DNA of 64,000 nt from Candidatus Methylomirabilota bacterium. Its GTDB lineage: Bacteria > Methylomirabilota > Methylomirabilia > Rokubacteriales > CSP1-6. Positions within the stretch are counted from its first letter, which is position 1, and each line of letters opens with the position of its first letter. This document shows, piece by piece, positions 1-11,232 of the stretch. Position numbers and translations under genes: made by a program. The stretch is from the NCBI GenBank assembly GCA_046726415.1, contig JBKPAK010000015.1:1-64000 (forward strand), in the 5' to 3' direction. The notes below the pieces were generated by a model. It was not told the DNA's origin, did no database searches, and worked only from the letters and a program-made list of their open reading frames with translations.

Positions 1-600
1 CGCGAGGCCGCGATCCCCGCCGTTCTCCACCGCGAGCCCCTGGTGCCCATGCGCGGCACTCATCTGCCGGACGATCTGCTCTCGCTGGGCGGCATGGCCA
101 TGCAGGCCCTGTGGTGGGAGAGCACGAGCGGTCACTGCCCGCGCTGCGGTGAACTCACGGAGCGCATCGAGGCGGAATGGGGCAAACGGTGCCCGCGCTG
201 CCGGTACGAGCACTACCCCCACCTCCATCCAGCCGTGATCGTGCTCGTGCGGGACGGCGACCGCTGCCTGTTGGCGCGAAAGAGAGAGTGGGCGCCCGGT
301 CGGTACGCGCTGGTGGCCGGCTTCGTCGACAATGGCGAATGCCTCGAGGGCGCGGTCGAGCGCGAGGTGAAGGAGGAAGTCGGCGTCGATGTCAAGGACA
401 TCCGGTACGTCGGCAGCCAGAACTGGCCCTTTCCCAGCCAGCTCATGGTGGGTTTCGTGGCGAGCTACGCGGGAGGCGTGGTCGCCGTCGACCAGGACGA
501 ACTGGAGGACGCGCGCTGGTTCCCGTGCGGACAGCTACCCACCGGACCGTCGCGACACAGCATCGCGCGGTACATCATCGACAACTACGGGCAGCCCTGA
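1..600 (+). CDS. nudC: NAD(+)/NADH diphosphatase NudC (5' partial)
   Basis: Frame open from base 1; zinc ribbon CPRC..CPRC, Nudix box GECLEGAVEREVKEEVGV, NudC signature SQNWPFPSQLM. Confidence 0.9.
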   Translation, partial: REAAIPAVLHREPLVPMRGTHLPDDLLSLGGMAMQALWWESTSGHCPRCGELTERIEAEWGKRCPRCRYEHYPHLHPAVIVLVRDGDRCLLARKREWAPGRYALVAGFVDNGECLEGAVEREVKEEVGVDVKDIRYVGSQNWPFPSQLMVGFVASYAGGVVAVDQDELEDARWFPCGQLPTGPSRHSIARYIIDNYGQP

Positions 601-626
601 CGGACACGCCCGGCCGGGAGTGCGGC

Positions 627-1817
627 ATGGCCACCACTGAGCTCCTCTTCAATCCCCTCGCGCCGGATTTCATCGCCGATCCGTACCCCTTCTACCATCG
701 CTTGCGCGTGGAGGACCCCGTGCACCAGAGCCCGATGGGTTTCTGGGTGCTCACGCGCTATGACGATGTGGCCGGCATGCTGCGCGACGCGCGCTTCGGC
801 CGCAAAGGATTCGATCGCCTCTTCCAGGCGCGCTTCGGCACCGCCGGGTTCGACTTCTCGATGCTCTTCCGTGACCCGCCCGACCATACCCGGCTGCGGA
901 CGCTGGTCAGCAAGGCCTTCACCCCACGCGTGGTCGAGCAGATGCGCAGCCACATTCAGGAGATCGTGGAGGGTCTGCTCGACGCCGTGCAGCCCGCGGG
1001 CGCGATGGATCTGGTGGCCGACTTTGCCTATCCGCTGCCCGTCCGGGTCATTTGCGAGATGCTGGGCGTACCGTCCGGCGACCGCGAGCGCTTTCGCGAC
1101 TGGACGGTCGACATCGCCCGGAGCCTCGACGCCATCGCCCTCCCCACGGAGCCCGAGGTCGTCGAACGGGGCCTGGCGGCGCGCCACGCGCTGGCCGACT
1201 ACTTCCGAACACTCATCGCAGAGCGACGCGGCCATCCGCGCGGCGATCTCCTGAGTGAGCTGATCGCGGCCGAGGAGCAGGGCGACCGCCTCAGCGAGGG
1301 CGAGCTGATGGCGACCATCCTGCTGCTCTTCGTGGCCGGTCATGAGACCACCGTGAACCTCATCGGCAACGGCACCCTCGCTCTCCTCCGCCATTCCGAC
1401 CAGCTCCGCCGGCTTCGCGACGATCCGTCGCTGGCCCCCAGCGCCGTCGAGGAGTTGCTGCGCTACGACGGCCCCGCGCAGCGCACGGGCCGGATCTGCA
1501 GCACCCCGGTGGAGCTGGCCGGAAAGCCAATTCCCGAGGGCGCGGTCGTGCTGGGCATCATCGGCGCGGCCAACCGAGACCCCGCCGTCTTCCCCGATCC
1601 CGACCGACTCGACATCACCCGGTCCGAGAACCGTCACCTGGCCTTCGGATGGGGCATTCATTTCTGCCTGGGAGCCTCGCTTGCCCGGCTCGAGGGGCAG
1701 ATCGCACTCAACACGGTGCTACAACGCCTGCCGCGTCTGTCCCTCGCCACCTCGACGCCGGAGTGGCGACCGGGCTCGGTGCTGCGCGGTCTCAAGGCCC
1801 TGCCGGTGACGTTCTAG
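627..1817 (+). CDS. Cytochrome P450
   Basis: ATG 627 (MATTELLFNPL); I-helix AGHETT, EELLR (ExxR), heme motif FGWGIHFCLG. Confidence 0.93.
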   Translation: MATTELLFNPLAPDFIADPYPFYHRLRVEDPVHQSPMGFWVLTRYDDVAGMLRDARFGRKGFDRLFQARFGTAGFDFSMLFRDPPDHTRLRTLVSKAFTPRVVEQMRSHIQEIVEGLLDAVQPAGAMDLVADFAYPLPVRVICEMLGVPSGDRERFRDWTVDIARSLDAIALPTEPEVVERGLAARHALADYFRTLIAERRGHPRGDLLSELIAAEEQGDRLSEGELMATILLLFVAGHETTVNLIGNGTLALLRHSDQLRRLRDDPSLAPSAVEELLRYDGPAQRTGRICSTPVELAGKPIPEGAVVLGIIGAANRDPAVFPDPDRLDITRSENRHLAFGWGIHFCLGASLARLEGQIALNTVLQRLPRLSLATSTPEWRPGSVLRGLKALPVTF

Positions 1818-1834
1818 CAGGCCCCCTGAGGGCG

Positions 1835-2623
1835 TTACGGGGCGATCCGATAGTGGGCCTCGACGTGGACGACAGTGTCGAGCTGCCCCGACTCGACGGG
1901 CCCGGCCGACATAGGTGCGGCCTGCATCACCATCGGTCCGCCCATTCGCTCCATCACTGGCCGAATCGGGGCGCCTTCGCTGAGCGACACCAGCTCTCCG
2001 AGGCGCACACCCGCGGCGGCGGCGAGCTGTTGCGCCGTCGAGGCCGCTGCTTTCACCGCGAGCGCTCGGGCCTCCGCCTCGGCCTTGCTCGGATCGTCCA
2101 CCGTGAACTGAAGAGCGGAGATGGTGTTGGCGCCTGCCGAGAGCGCGCCATCGAGGACCCGGCCCACCGCAGTGAGATCGCGGATCTTCACCTGCACCAC
2201 GTTCGCCACGCGGTAGGCGACGATGCGCGTCGGATCCTCGTCAGTACGTCGCGGCGCAGTGATGGGGTCGATCGAGTAGACGACAGTGGTGATGTCGCGC
2301 TCGGCCACCCCCAGGGCCTTCACCTGAGTCAAGACGGCCGCTGACCGACGAGCAACCTCGGCCGTGGCGTCGGCCACGGTGGGCGCTCGCATCTCCGCGC
2401 CGACCCGCACCACCGCCGTGTCCGGCTTGACCGCCACCCGACCAGTCCCGCGGGCGGAGATGAGACGGGGCGCTCGCCGGTCGAGATTGGCGGACTGCGC
2501 ACAGCCGCCAAGTACGGCGAGGAGCAGAACGAGGAGGCCGACGATGTGGATCCGCCTGACGGCCTTGCCGCCGCAAACGGTACTCGGGAGATGGGGGGCC
2601 TCGGCCGGGCCACCCCGGGACAC
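1835..2623 (-). CDS. SIMPL (DUF541) domain protein, probable lipoprotein
   Basis: ISARGTGRVAVKPDTAVVRVG and AGANTISALQF typical of SIMPL; lipobox-like LAVLGGC; start uncertain (GTG 2623 or near 2560). Confidence 0.75.
   Translation of the reverse strand: MSRGGPAEAPHLPSTVCGGKAVRRIHIVGLLVLLLAVLGGCAQSANLDRRAPRLISARGTGRVAVKPDTAVVRVGAEMRAPTVADATAEVARRSAAVLTQVKALGVAERDITTVVYSIDPITAPRRTDEDPTRIVAYRVANVVQVKIRDLTAVGRVLDGALSAGANTISALQFTVDDPSKAEAEARALAVKAAASTAQQLAAAAGVRLGELVSLSEGAPIRPVMERMGGPMVMQAAPMSAGPVESGQLDTVVHVEAHYRIAP
2580..2603 (-). repeat. Short dispersed REP-like element, copy 1
   Basis: Reverse complement CGAGGCCCCCCATCTCCCGAGTAC matches 14539-14562 at 22/24 positions. Confidence 0.5.
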
Positions 2624-2694
2624 CCGACACGCTCCTCGATGCTCCGACAGGCGCCTAGTCACGACCCGGCAGACGCGGCGAACGCCTCGTCTGT

Positions 2695-4152
2695 TTACGA
2701 CCGCGGTAGCCGCGGGGGCTCCGCGCAGGCGCGTTCGACGTCCTCGATGGTCTTCGGGGTCCCCGCCGTGAGGATCTCGCAGCTGTCGGCCGTGATGAGC
2801 ACGTCGTCCTCGATCCGCACGCCGATCCCCCGGAATGCCCGAGGCACAGGATGCTCCACCGTCTCGGCCCGGGCCTTCTCCTCTTCCTCCAGGAGCTTGG
2901 CGGCCGCCGTGCCGAGGCGATCGCGCCGCTCCCACATCTCCGGCTCGTTGTACTCGCGCAAGTAGAATTTCACCGTTTCCCGCTCGGGATCGAAATACAG
3001 GCCCGGCTCCACGGTGACCACCATGCCCGGCTCCAGGAGGCGGGATTCCCGCTGAATCCGGTAGTCGCCGACGTCATGCACGTCCATGCCGAGCCAGTGG
3101 CCGGTTCCGTGCATATAGAACTCGCGGTAGTGATGCATGGCCAGCGACTCGTGCACGCTCCGGGGCAGTAGCGACAGAGCAACCAAGCCCTCCACGAGCA
3201 CGCGTCGAGCCGCTTCGTGCATGGCGTCGTAGCGGTTCCCCGGGCGCGCCGCGGCGATGGCCGCCAGCTGCGCCCGCAGGACCAGCTCGTAGATCGTGCG
3301 CTGAACGGAGGTGAAGCGGCCGTTCACCGGAAAGGTCCGGGTGATGTCGGCGTCGAGATAGTCGTACTCGCACGCCGCGTCAATCAGCAGAAGGTCGCCA
3401 CTCTCCAGGCGCCGCCGGTTCTCGGAATAGTGGAGGATGCAGGCATTCGGTCCGGATGCCACGATGGAGGGATAGGCATTCCGAGGCGATCCCGCGCTGC
3501 GAAACACGAACTCCATGGCCGCCTGAACTTGGTACTCGTAGAGCCCGGGCGCGGCGAAGCGCATGGCTTCCAGGTGCCCGTCGCGACTGATCTCGCATGC
3601 CCGGCGCTGCATGACCAGCTCCGGGGGGGATCGGCGCAGTCGCATCTCGTGCAGGATGCGGCTCGGATCCTCCAGGCGCAGGGGCACCGTGTAGCCGCGG
3701 GGCTTCAGCGCGCGCAACTCGGTCAACAGCCGGGTGATTCGCGCGTCATACGCGGGGTGACCCAGGCGGTAGAAGAGCGCGGTCCGATCGAAGGCATACT
3801 CGCGAAGTTTCTGGTCGAACTGGTCGATGGGGTACGCGTTGTCGGCCCCGTAGGTCCCGATGGCGCCTTCCACCCCGGCTCGGCGCCCATTCCAGACCTC
3901 CAGCTGGCGATCCCGCGGCCGCACGAAGAGCACGTAGGGCTCCTTGGGGTGCGACGGATTGAAGACGGCCACGGCATCGGGTTCGTCGAATCCGGTCAGA
4001 TGAAAGAAATCGGAATCCTGGCGGAACTCGTAGTGGACGTCGCCATTGCGGAGCGCTTCCCGCGCCCCCGGGATGACGGCAAGGCTGTCGCCGAGAGCCT
4101 CGGCGAAGCGCTGGCGGCGCTCGATGAACGGGGCAAGGTCCCGTGTCGTCAT
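2695..4152 (-). CDS. pepP: Xaa-Pro aminopeptidase (aminopeptidase P)
   Basis: FRQDSDFFHLTGF N-domain, DITRTFP, HGTGHWLGMDVHD, TVEPGLY, GVRIEDDVL; alternative start 4188. Confidence 0.92.
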   Translation of the reverse strand: MTTRDLAPFIERRQRFAEALGDSLAVIPGAREALRNGDVHYEFRQDSDFFHLTGFDEPDAVAVFNPSHPKEPYVLFVRPRDRQLEVWNGRRAGVEGAIGTYGADNAYPIDQFDQKLREYAFDRTALFYRLGHPAYDARITRLLTELRALKPRGYTVPLRLEDPSRILHEMRLRRSPPELVMQRRACEISRDGHLEAMRFAAPGLYEYQVQAAMEFVFRSAGSPRNAYPSIVASGPNACILHYSENRRRLESGDLLLIDAACEYDYLDADITRTFPVNGRFTSVQRTIYELVLRAQLAAIAAARPGNRYDAMHEAARRVLVEGLVALSLLPRSVHESLAMHHYREFYMHGTGHWLGMDVHDVGDYRIQRESRLLEPGMVVTVEPGLYFDPERETVKFYLREYNEPEMWERRDRLGTAAAKLLEEEEKARAETVEHPVPRAFRGIGVRIEDDVLITADSCEILTAGTPKTIEDVERACAEPPRLPRS

Positions 4153-4319
4153 CGGGTATACCCTCGGAGCGGTCGTCTGGCGAGACATCGGTGCATCGCG
4201 TTCTCCTTGAGTGCCCCCCGAAACATAGCTTCGCACGGTCCGGGTGGATCCGCGCCAGATATGGACACTTCCCCCTTACCAGGGTGCCGGTTGGCGGATA
4301 CCATATATGCTCGATGGCG

Positions 4320-5330
4320 ATGACGCTGCTGAGCGTGCTTGACCAGTCGCCCATCCGCAGCGGAGGCACCGCCGCCGAAGCCGTCCAGGAAACGCTGCAG
4401 CTGGCCGAGATCGCCGATCGGCTCGGCTACCATCGGTACTGGCTGGCCGAACATCACTCGAGCGGCGCGCTCGCTAGCTCGAGTCCCGAGATCCTCATCG
4501 GGCAGGTGGCGAACCGCACTGCGCACCTGCGCGTCGGCTCCGGGGGCGTCATGCTGAGCCACTACAGCGCGCTCAAAGTGGCCGAGAACTTCCGCATGCT
4601 GGAGACGCTGTTCCCCGGGCGCATCGATCTCGGCATCGGGCGTGCGCCGGGCAGCGACCAGCGCACCGCCCGCGCCCTCCGGCAGGGGCTCGAGCAGCTG
4701 GGCATCGAGCGCTTTCCCGAGCAGGTCGCCGACCTGATCGGATTCCTTCACGATCGCCTGGAGCCCGATCATCCCTTCGCCGGCGTGCGGGCCATGCCCG
4801 CCGGGCCTACCGCGCCCGAGGTGTGGCTGTTGGGATCGAGCGACGCCAGCGCGGTCTATGCCGCGCAGTTCGGCGCCGCCTTTTCCTTTGCCCACTTCAT
4901 CAGCACCGAAGGCGGCCCCGAAGCGATGCAAACGTACCGCGCCGCCTTTCGCCCATCGGTCTCACTGGCCGAGCCCAGAGCCAACGCGGCGGTCTTTGCC
5001 CTCTGCGCCGACACGGAGTCCGAAGCGCGGCGTCTGGCGAAGAGCCGCGACCTGTTCCTGCTGCGGCTGTATACGGGGCGGTTCGGGCCGTACCCATCAG
5101 TGGAAGAAGCGGAGGGCTATCCCTACACGAACCGCGACCTGGCAATCATCCACCACACCCGCCAGCGAACCATCGCCGGGGCGCCCGAGCAAGTGCGCGA
5201 GCGCCTGCTCGCCCTCGGCGCCGAGTATGGGGTCGACGAATTGGTGATCGTGAGCATGACCCACGACTTCAAAGCGCGGGTGCGGTCGTATGAACTGCTA
5301 GCCGAGGCGTTCGGTCTACCGCGGCCTTAG
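4320..5330 (+). CDS. LLM-class luciferase-like monooxygenase (YhbW-like)
   Basis: LSVLDQSPI, GYHRYWLAEHH, RVGSGGVML, RIDLGIGRAPG. Confidence 0.9.
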   Translation: MTLLSVLDQSPIRSGGTAAEAVQETLQLAEIADRLGYHRYWLAEHHSSGALASSSPEILIGQVANRTAHLRVGSGGVMLSHYSALKVAENFRMLETLFPGRIDLGIGRAPGSDQRTARALRQGLEQLGIERFPEQVADLIGFLHDRLEPDHPFAGVRAMPAGPTAPEVWLLGSSDASAVYAAQFGAAFSFAHFISTEGGPEAMQTYRAAFRPSVSLAEPRANAAVFALCADTESEARRLAKSRDLFLLRLYTGRFGPYPSVEEAEGYPYTNRDLAIIHHTRQRTIAGAPEQVRERLLALGAEYGVDELVIVSMTHDFKARVRSYELLAEAFGLPRP

Positions 5331-5803
5331 TGGCCGTTGCCACGCACGGCTTCTGCCATAGCGACGCGGAGGTTCTGTCGGACGGAGGTGAGGTGCGGGT
5401 GTACCTCGAGGGCGCGGCGGAACGCCGCGGCAGCCTCTCGGGGCTGGCCGAGGGCGAGGTGACAGAGCCCCTGGCCTGACCAGGCGCCGAAGTGGTGCGG
5501 CTTTCGCGCCACCGTCGCCCGACAATCGTCGATCGACCCCTGGAAGTCGCGCGCGAGGTAGCGCACGGTGGCGCGCTTGTTCCAGCCCTCCGCGAAATCC
5601 GGTGACCGCTCGATGATCCGCGTGAAGACCGCTTCCGCGTCGCCAAAGCGGCGCCCTTCCATGGCGGCCACACCCTCGGCAAACAGCGCGTCGATCTCCG
5701 AAACGCCCGAGCGGCACCACATGTCCCACAGCGAGGCCTCGGCTCGCGCGGCGGCGGTCGGATCGGATCCCCGGAGGGCAGCCAGCGCCTCGGGCTCGGT
5801 CAC
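5327..5803 (-). CDS. Tetratricopeptide repeat protein
   Basis: PDFAEGWNKRATVRY and PHHFGAWSGQGLC TPR units; start GTG 5803 or 5851. Confidence 0.8.
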   Translation of the reverse strand: MTEPEALAALRGSDPTAAARAEASLWDMWCRSGVSEIDALFAEGVAAMEGRRFGDAEAVFTRIIERSPDFAEGWNKRATVRYLARDFQGSIDDCRATVARKPHHFGAWSGQGLCHLALGQPREAAAAFRRALEVHPHLTSVRQNLRVAMAEAVRGNGH

Positions 5804-5828
5804 GCGCGGGTCCGCGAGAGGCGGACGG

Positions 5829-7100
5829 TCACTCCCGTGACCGCGGGGCAAGAGGCCGACCTTCGGTGCCCGTCCAAAGCCGGCCGAGGTGGCGCAGCAC
5901 CGTTGGCGCGATGTCGATGGGCGAAACCCCGGAATCCCGACGACGGCCGGGAGCGAAGCCGCCGCCGCGCACGAACAGAAACGGCCGCTGCTCGTGGGCT
6001 CCGAGGCCGCCGTGCTGGCCGCAGCCGGTGTAGTCGAGGGTCGACTCCGGGTCGAGCACGATGTCGCTGTGGCCGGTCACTCCGAACGCGTTCGGCCGGT
6101 TGTCGGCCCGCAGGGTCACCGCGACCGCGAGGCTCTCGTCGGCGGGGAGCCCGAGAGCGGTCAGCTCGGGGCCCGTGAAGACGCGCGCGGTCCAATCGAC
6201 TCCCTCGAGAAAGCGCCGGAGGTCGTCCACCGTCGCCTTCGCACTCGCCGAGCGCGAGATGAGCGCGGCCGTCCCGTTGGGCGCCACCACCAGATCGCGC
6301 GACGCAGGCGAGACCTTCAGCCCGGCCTCCACGAGGATCGGGTCCAGCGGAATCGTCCGCCCCGTGGTCTCCATGCCGTGATCGGCGCCCACCACGAGCA
6401 GCGTCTCGTCGCCCTCGCGCAGCTCCTCCAAGGTGTCGAGCACGTGGCCAACGCAGCGGTCGGCGCCGGCGATGGCCTCCAGATGCGCCGGAGATCCGAG
6501 CGCAGCGCGATGGCCCGTGTAGTCGGGCTCCGACAACCACAGCACGGCCAATGCCGGACGGCGCTTCTTCAGAATCTCTTCGCAGAAACGGTCCGTCATG
6601 ACGGCGTCCCCGGGGTTGCCCTGCCCAATGGCCAGGCGGTCTGCGGGCGGCACGGGTTGGAGCCCTGGACCATAGGAGCCGTCCCGGTGATAGACCCATC
6701 CGTGGCCGTCCGGATCTTGAAAGTAGGCGGCGCCCGCCGACACGTTGGACATCACGATCGCGCCGCCGGCGCGGGCGAGTCGCTCGGCGAGGGTCGGACG
6801 GCGCAGCGTCCCCCCCGTGGCCTGGCGCATGCGCTCGCGAAACTCCGGCTTGCCGACCGAGAGACACACGAGGCCACTTCCCTCGTCGAGGACCATCGTG
6901 TTGCCGAGCAGTCCGTGGGACGCCGGCAAACAGCCAGTGGCGATGCAGGCGGACGTCACGCGGGTCACCGAGGGAAACACGCCGGTGCTGTTGACGAAGT
7001 CCGCGGACGATTCGGCGAGGGCGGCCAGAGTGGGCGCGGTGGCCCGCGCAATCAGATCACGCCGAAGGCTGTCACACACCACGAGCACGGCGCGGCGCAT
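5829..7100 (-). CDS. Alkaline phosphatase superfamily protein (nucleotide pyrophosphatase/phosphodiesterase type)
   Basis: VLVVCDSLRRD, FPSVT nucleophile loop, EPDYTGH, GADHG, QHGG metal ligands. Confidence 0.85.
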   Translation of the reverse strand: MRRAVLVVCDSLRRDLIARATAPTLAALAESSADFVNSTGVFPSVTRVTSACIATGCLPASHGLLGNTMVLDEGSGLVCLSVGKPEFRERMRQATGGTLRRPTLAERLARAGGAIVMSNVSAGAAYFQDPDGHGWVYHRDGSYGPGLQPVPPADRLAIGQGNPGDAVMTDRFCEEILKKRRPALAVLWLSEPDYTGHRAALGSPAHLEAIAGADRCVGHVLDTLEELREGDETLLVVGADHGMETTGRTIPLDPILVEAGLKVSPASRDLVVAPNGTAALISRSASAKATVDDLRRFLEGVDWTARVFTGPELTALGLPADESLAVAVTLRADNRPNAFGVTGHSDIVLDPESTLDYTGCGQHGGLGAHEQRPFLFVRGGGFAPGRRRDSGVSPIDIAPTVLRHLGRLWTGTEGRPLAPRSRE

Positions 7101-7115
7101 GAGAGGAGCCTACCA

Positions 7116-7145
7116 TTGACGCGGCTTTCGGCGCTGACGTAGAGT
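7116..7145 (+). promoter_or_regulatory. Putative sigma70-type promoter for the acyl-CoA dehydrogenase
   Basis: TTGACG-N18-TAGAGT ending 34 nt upstream of ATG 7180. Confidence 0.35.
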
Positions 7146-7179
7146 GCAGGCGTCCCCAAGCGCCACCGAGGAGACCGGC

Positions 7180-8388
<1,209 letters not shown>

Positions 8389-8410
8389 TCATCGACGGGA
8401 GCCAACCACG

Positions 8411-8476
8411 GCCGTCATGGATTTGGAGGGGCCTGGTTCCCCTCCGAACCTCGCCGCGTTCGGCGGTGCTGACGGC
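8411..8476. repeat. Intergenic palindromic (REP-like) element
   Basis: Stem GGAGGGG(8425-8431)/CCCCTCC(8439-8445) nested inside inverted repeat GCCGTCA(8411-8417)/TGACGGC(8470-8476). Confidence 0.4.
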
Positions 8477-8511
8477 GAAGGGTGGGCACCTGATCTCCGC
8501 CGGTGGCTGAG

Positions 8512-11229
8512 ATGAAGACGTCCGGGGTCAGCCGACTCGCGCCAGTCCTGACGCCACACGGGCACCTCGTCATGGCGCCGTCGGACGACGCACCCGCGCT
8601 GGCGCCGGAGGTCGCCGAGCGGCTCGAGGTGGCCTTCGCGCGCGGAAGCGGCCACGGGCTCCTCCAGCTCGGCGCCGGAGAAGTCGGGACGGCGCTGCCG
8701 CCGCTCTTCGGGTACTGGCGCGAATTCGGCGCGCGGTACGTGACCGCGCTCTGCGCGCAATCGGACGTCGAAGCGCGTGGCGCGAAGGCGAACAGTCCGC
8801 CGCGGCCACGCGAGGATCTCGAGGCGTTCACCCAGGCGGCGCCGCCGATGATGGGGGCGGAGTACCTGACGCCTTCCGTGCTCGAGGCGCTCTGGGACGA
8901 GCTGGATGCGGCCTTCCGGACGGAGCTGTCCGAATCGAAGACACCGGTCCAGGATTTTCTCCGGCGCCGGAACCCCGCGTGGAATCTCGTCGGCCGTGTC
9001 CACTTCAACCTCGCCGAGAATCGCCAGGACCCGGACACGCCGTTCGCATTCCTGGCGACCTACACCACTCGGTTGTCGGCCCACGCCAAGGCGCAGCATC
9101 TGCCGCTGGGCCAGGCCCTTCGCGAGTATGCCGGCGCGGCGAACAAGGGGCGGCTCCTGTCACTGCTGGTGCCAGTCCAGCGAGCCTCCGAGCGCTGCGG
9201 CTGGCTCAAGGCCATGGTCGATACGGGCGAGATCTTTCACCCTCTGCGCTGGACGCCCCAGGAGGCGTTCCGCTTGCTCACCGACCTGCCGCAGCTCGAA
9301 TCCGCCGGTGTCGTCGTGCGGGTACCCGGCGCGTGGCGCGCGGGCCGGCCGCCGCGTCCTCGGGTGAGCGCCACCGTCGGAGGCAAAGCGCCAGCGGGAC
9401 TGGGGACCGACGCGCTCCTCGACTTCAGCATGGAAATCACCCTCGACGGCGAGCGACTCACCGAGGGGGAAGTGGCCGCGTTGCTCGCGGGATCGGATGG
9501 CCTGCATCTTGTCCGCGGCCGCTGGGTCGAGATCGACCGCGAGCGGCTGCGCCGGGTGCTGGACCAGTTCCGCGACGTCGAGCGCACGGCGGCCCAGCGC
9601 GGGCTCACCTTCGCTGAGGCGATGCGGATGCTGGCCGGCGCCGATATGTCGCAGGAGGGAAGCGCTGGCGACGGCGACCGCGACTGGTCGCGGGTCGTCG
9701 CGGGATCGTGGTTGGCCGACACGCTCGCCTCACTGCGCGCGCCCCAGGCTCTGGCGCGCGTCGAGCCGGGAGGCGAGCTTCGCGCCACGCTCCGACCCTA
9801 CCAGCAGGTCGGCGTGCGCTGGCTCGATCTCTTGTCCCGGCTCGGGCTCGGGGCCTGTCTGGCCGACGACATGGGACTCGGCAAGACCATCCAGGTTCTG
9901 TCGCTGCTGCTGGTTCTCACCAAGCAAGGTGGCGCGGAGCGGCGAGCCAGCCTACTCCTCGCCCCGGCCTCCCTTCTGGCGAACTGGACGGCGGAGATCG
10001 AGCGCTTCGCCCCAGGCCTGAGAGCCATCGTGGCCCATCCGTCGGCAATGACCGCGGCCCAGCTTGACGCCCTCGCTCAGGAGCCGCTGCCCGACGTCGA
10101 TCTGGTCATCACCAGCTACGGCTGGCTCCTGCGCGCGCCCTGGCTGGCCAAGACTTCGTGGCGCCTCGCGGTCCTGGACGAGGCGCAGGCGATCAAGAAC
10201 CCGGTGGCCAAGCAGACGCGGGCCGTCAAGCAACTGGCCGCTCAGGCGAAGATCGTCCTCACCGGCACGCCGGTCGAGAATCGGCTCGGCGATCTCTGGT
10301 CCATCTTCGATTTCCTCAACCCCGGCTTGCTCGGTTCGAGCCAGGCGTTCACGCGCTTCACCAAGCGTCTCGCCCAGCGCCCTCACAATCCGTACGGGCC
10401 GTTGCGCGAGCTGGTGCGCCCGTACATCCTGCGCCGGCTCAAGACCGACCCCACGGTCATCTCCGACCTTCCAGACAAGACCGAGGTCAAGGCCTACTGT
10501 CTGCTCAGTCGCAAGCAGGCGGCCCTCTATCAGCAGGCGGTGGAAGAGCTGTCCACCCAGGTCCAGGCGGCGGAGGGCATCCAGCGCAAGGGCCTCATCC
10601 TCTCGTTCCTGATGCGGTTCAAGCAGATCTGCAACCATCCCTCGCAGTGGCTCGGCGACGCCTCCTGGGCCGAGCCCGACAGCGGCAAGCTCGGGCGCCT
10701 GCGCGAGATCGCCGAGATCATCGCCGCCCGACAGGAGAAGGCGCTGGTCTTCACCCAGTTCCGAGAGGTGACGGCGCCGCTGGCCGCGTTCCTCGGCTCG
10801 GTGTTTGGGCGGCCGGGGCTCGTGCTGCACGGCGAGACGGTGGTAAAGCAACGCCAGGCGCTGGTCCGACGCTTTCAGGAGGATGAGGCGGTGCCGTTCT
10901 TCGTCCTCTCGCTCAAGGCTGGGGGCGCTGGCCTCAACCTCACTGCCGCCTCCCATGTCGTCCACTTCGACCGGTGGTGGAACCCGGCGGTGGAGAACCA
11001 GGCCACCGACCGCGCCTTCCGCATCGGCCAGATGAAGAACGTCCTCGTGCACAAGCTGGTCTGCCGAGGTACGGTCGAAGAGAAGATCGACCAGTTGATC
11101 GAGTCGAAGCGGCAGCTCGCCCTCGACCTGCTGGAAGGCGGGGCCGAGTTGCTTCTGACGGAGTTGTCCGACGACGAGATTCTGAAACTGGTGGCCCTCG
11201 ACCTGCACGCGGCCTTGCCGGAAGGATGA
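8512..11229 (+). CDS. SNF2-family (SWI2/SNF2) helicase/ATPase
   Basis: LRPYQ, LADDMGLGKT, DEAQ, LTGTPVEN, GLNLTAA, WWNPAVENQATDRAFRIGQ; start 8503 or 8512. Confidence 0.95.
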   Translation: MKTSGVSRLAPVLTPHGHLVMAPSDDAPALAPEVAERLEVAFARGSGHGLLQLGAGEVGTALPPLFGYWREFGARYVTALCAQSDVEARGAKANSPPRPREDLEAFTQAAPPMMGAEYLTPSVLEALWDELDAAFRTELSESKTPVQDFLRRRNPAWNLVGRVHFNLAENRQDPDTPFAFLATYTTRLSAHAKAQHLPLGQALREYAGAANKGRLLSLLVPVQRASERCGWLKAMVDTGEIFHPLRWTPQEAFRLLTDLPQLESAGVVVRVPGAWRAGRPPRPRVSATVGGKAPAGLGTDALLDFSMEITLDGERLTEGEVAALLAGSDGLHLVRGRWVEIDRERLRRVLDQFRDVERTAAQRGLTFAEAMRMLAGADMSQEGSAGDGDRDWSRVVAGSWLADTLASLRAPQALARVEPGGELRATLRPYQQVGVRWLDLLSRLGLGACLADDMGLGKTIQVLSLLLVLTKQGGAERRASLLLAPASLLANWTAEIERFAPGLRAIVAHPSAMTAAQLDALAQEPLPDVDLVITSYGWLLRAPWLAKTSWRLAVLDEAQAIKNPVAKQTRAVKQLAAQAKIVLTGTPVENRLGDLWSIFDFLNPGLLGSSQAFTRFTKRLAQRPHNPYGPLRELVRPYILRRLKTDPTVISDLPDKTEVKAYCLLSRKQAALYQQAVEELSTQVQAAEGIQRKGLILSFLMRFKQICNHPSQWLGDASWAEPDSGKLGRLREIAEIIAARQEKALVFTQFREVTAPLAAFLGSVFGRPGLVLHGETVVKQRQALVRRFQEDEAVPFFVLSLKAGGAGLNLTAASHVVHFDRWWNPAVENQATDRAFRIGQMKNVLVHKLVCRGTVEEKIDQLIESKRQLALDLLEGGAELLLTELSDDEILKLVALDLHAALPEG

Positions 11230-11232
11230 CGC

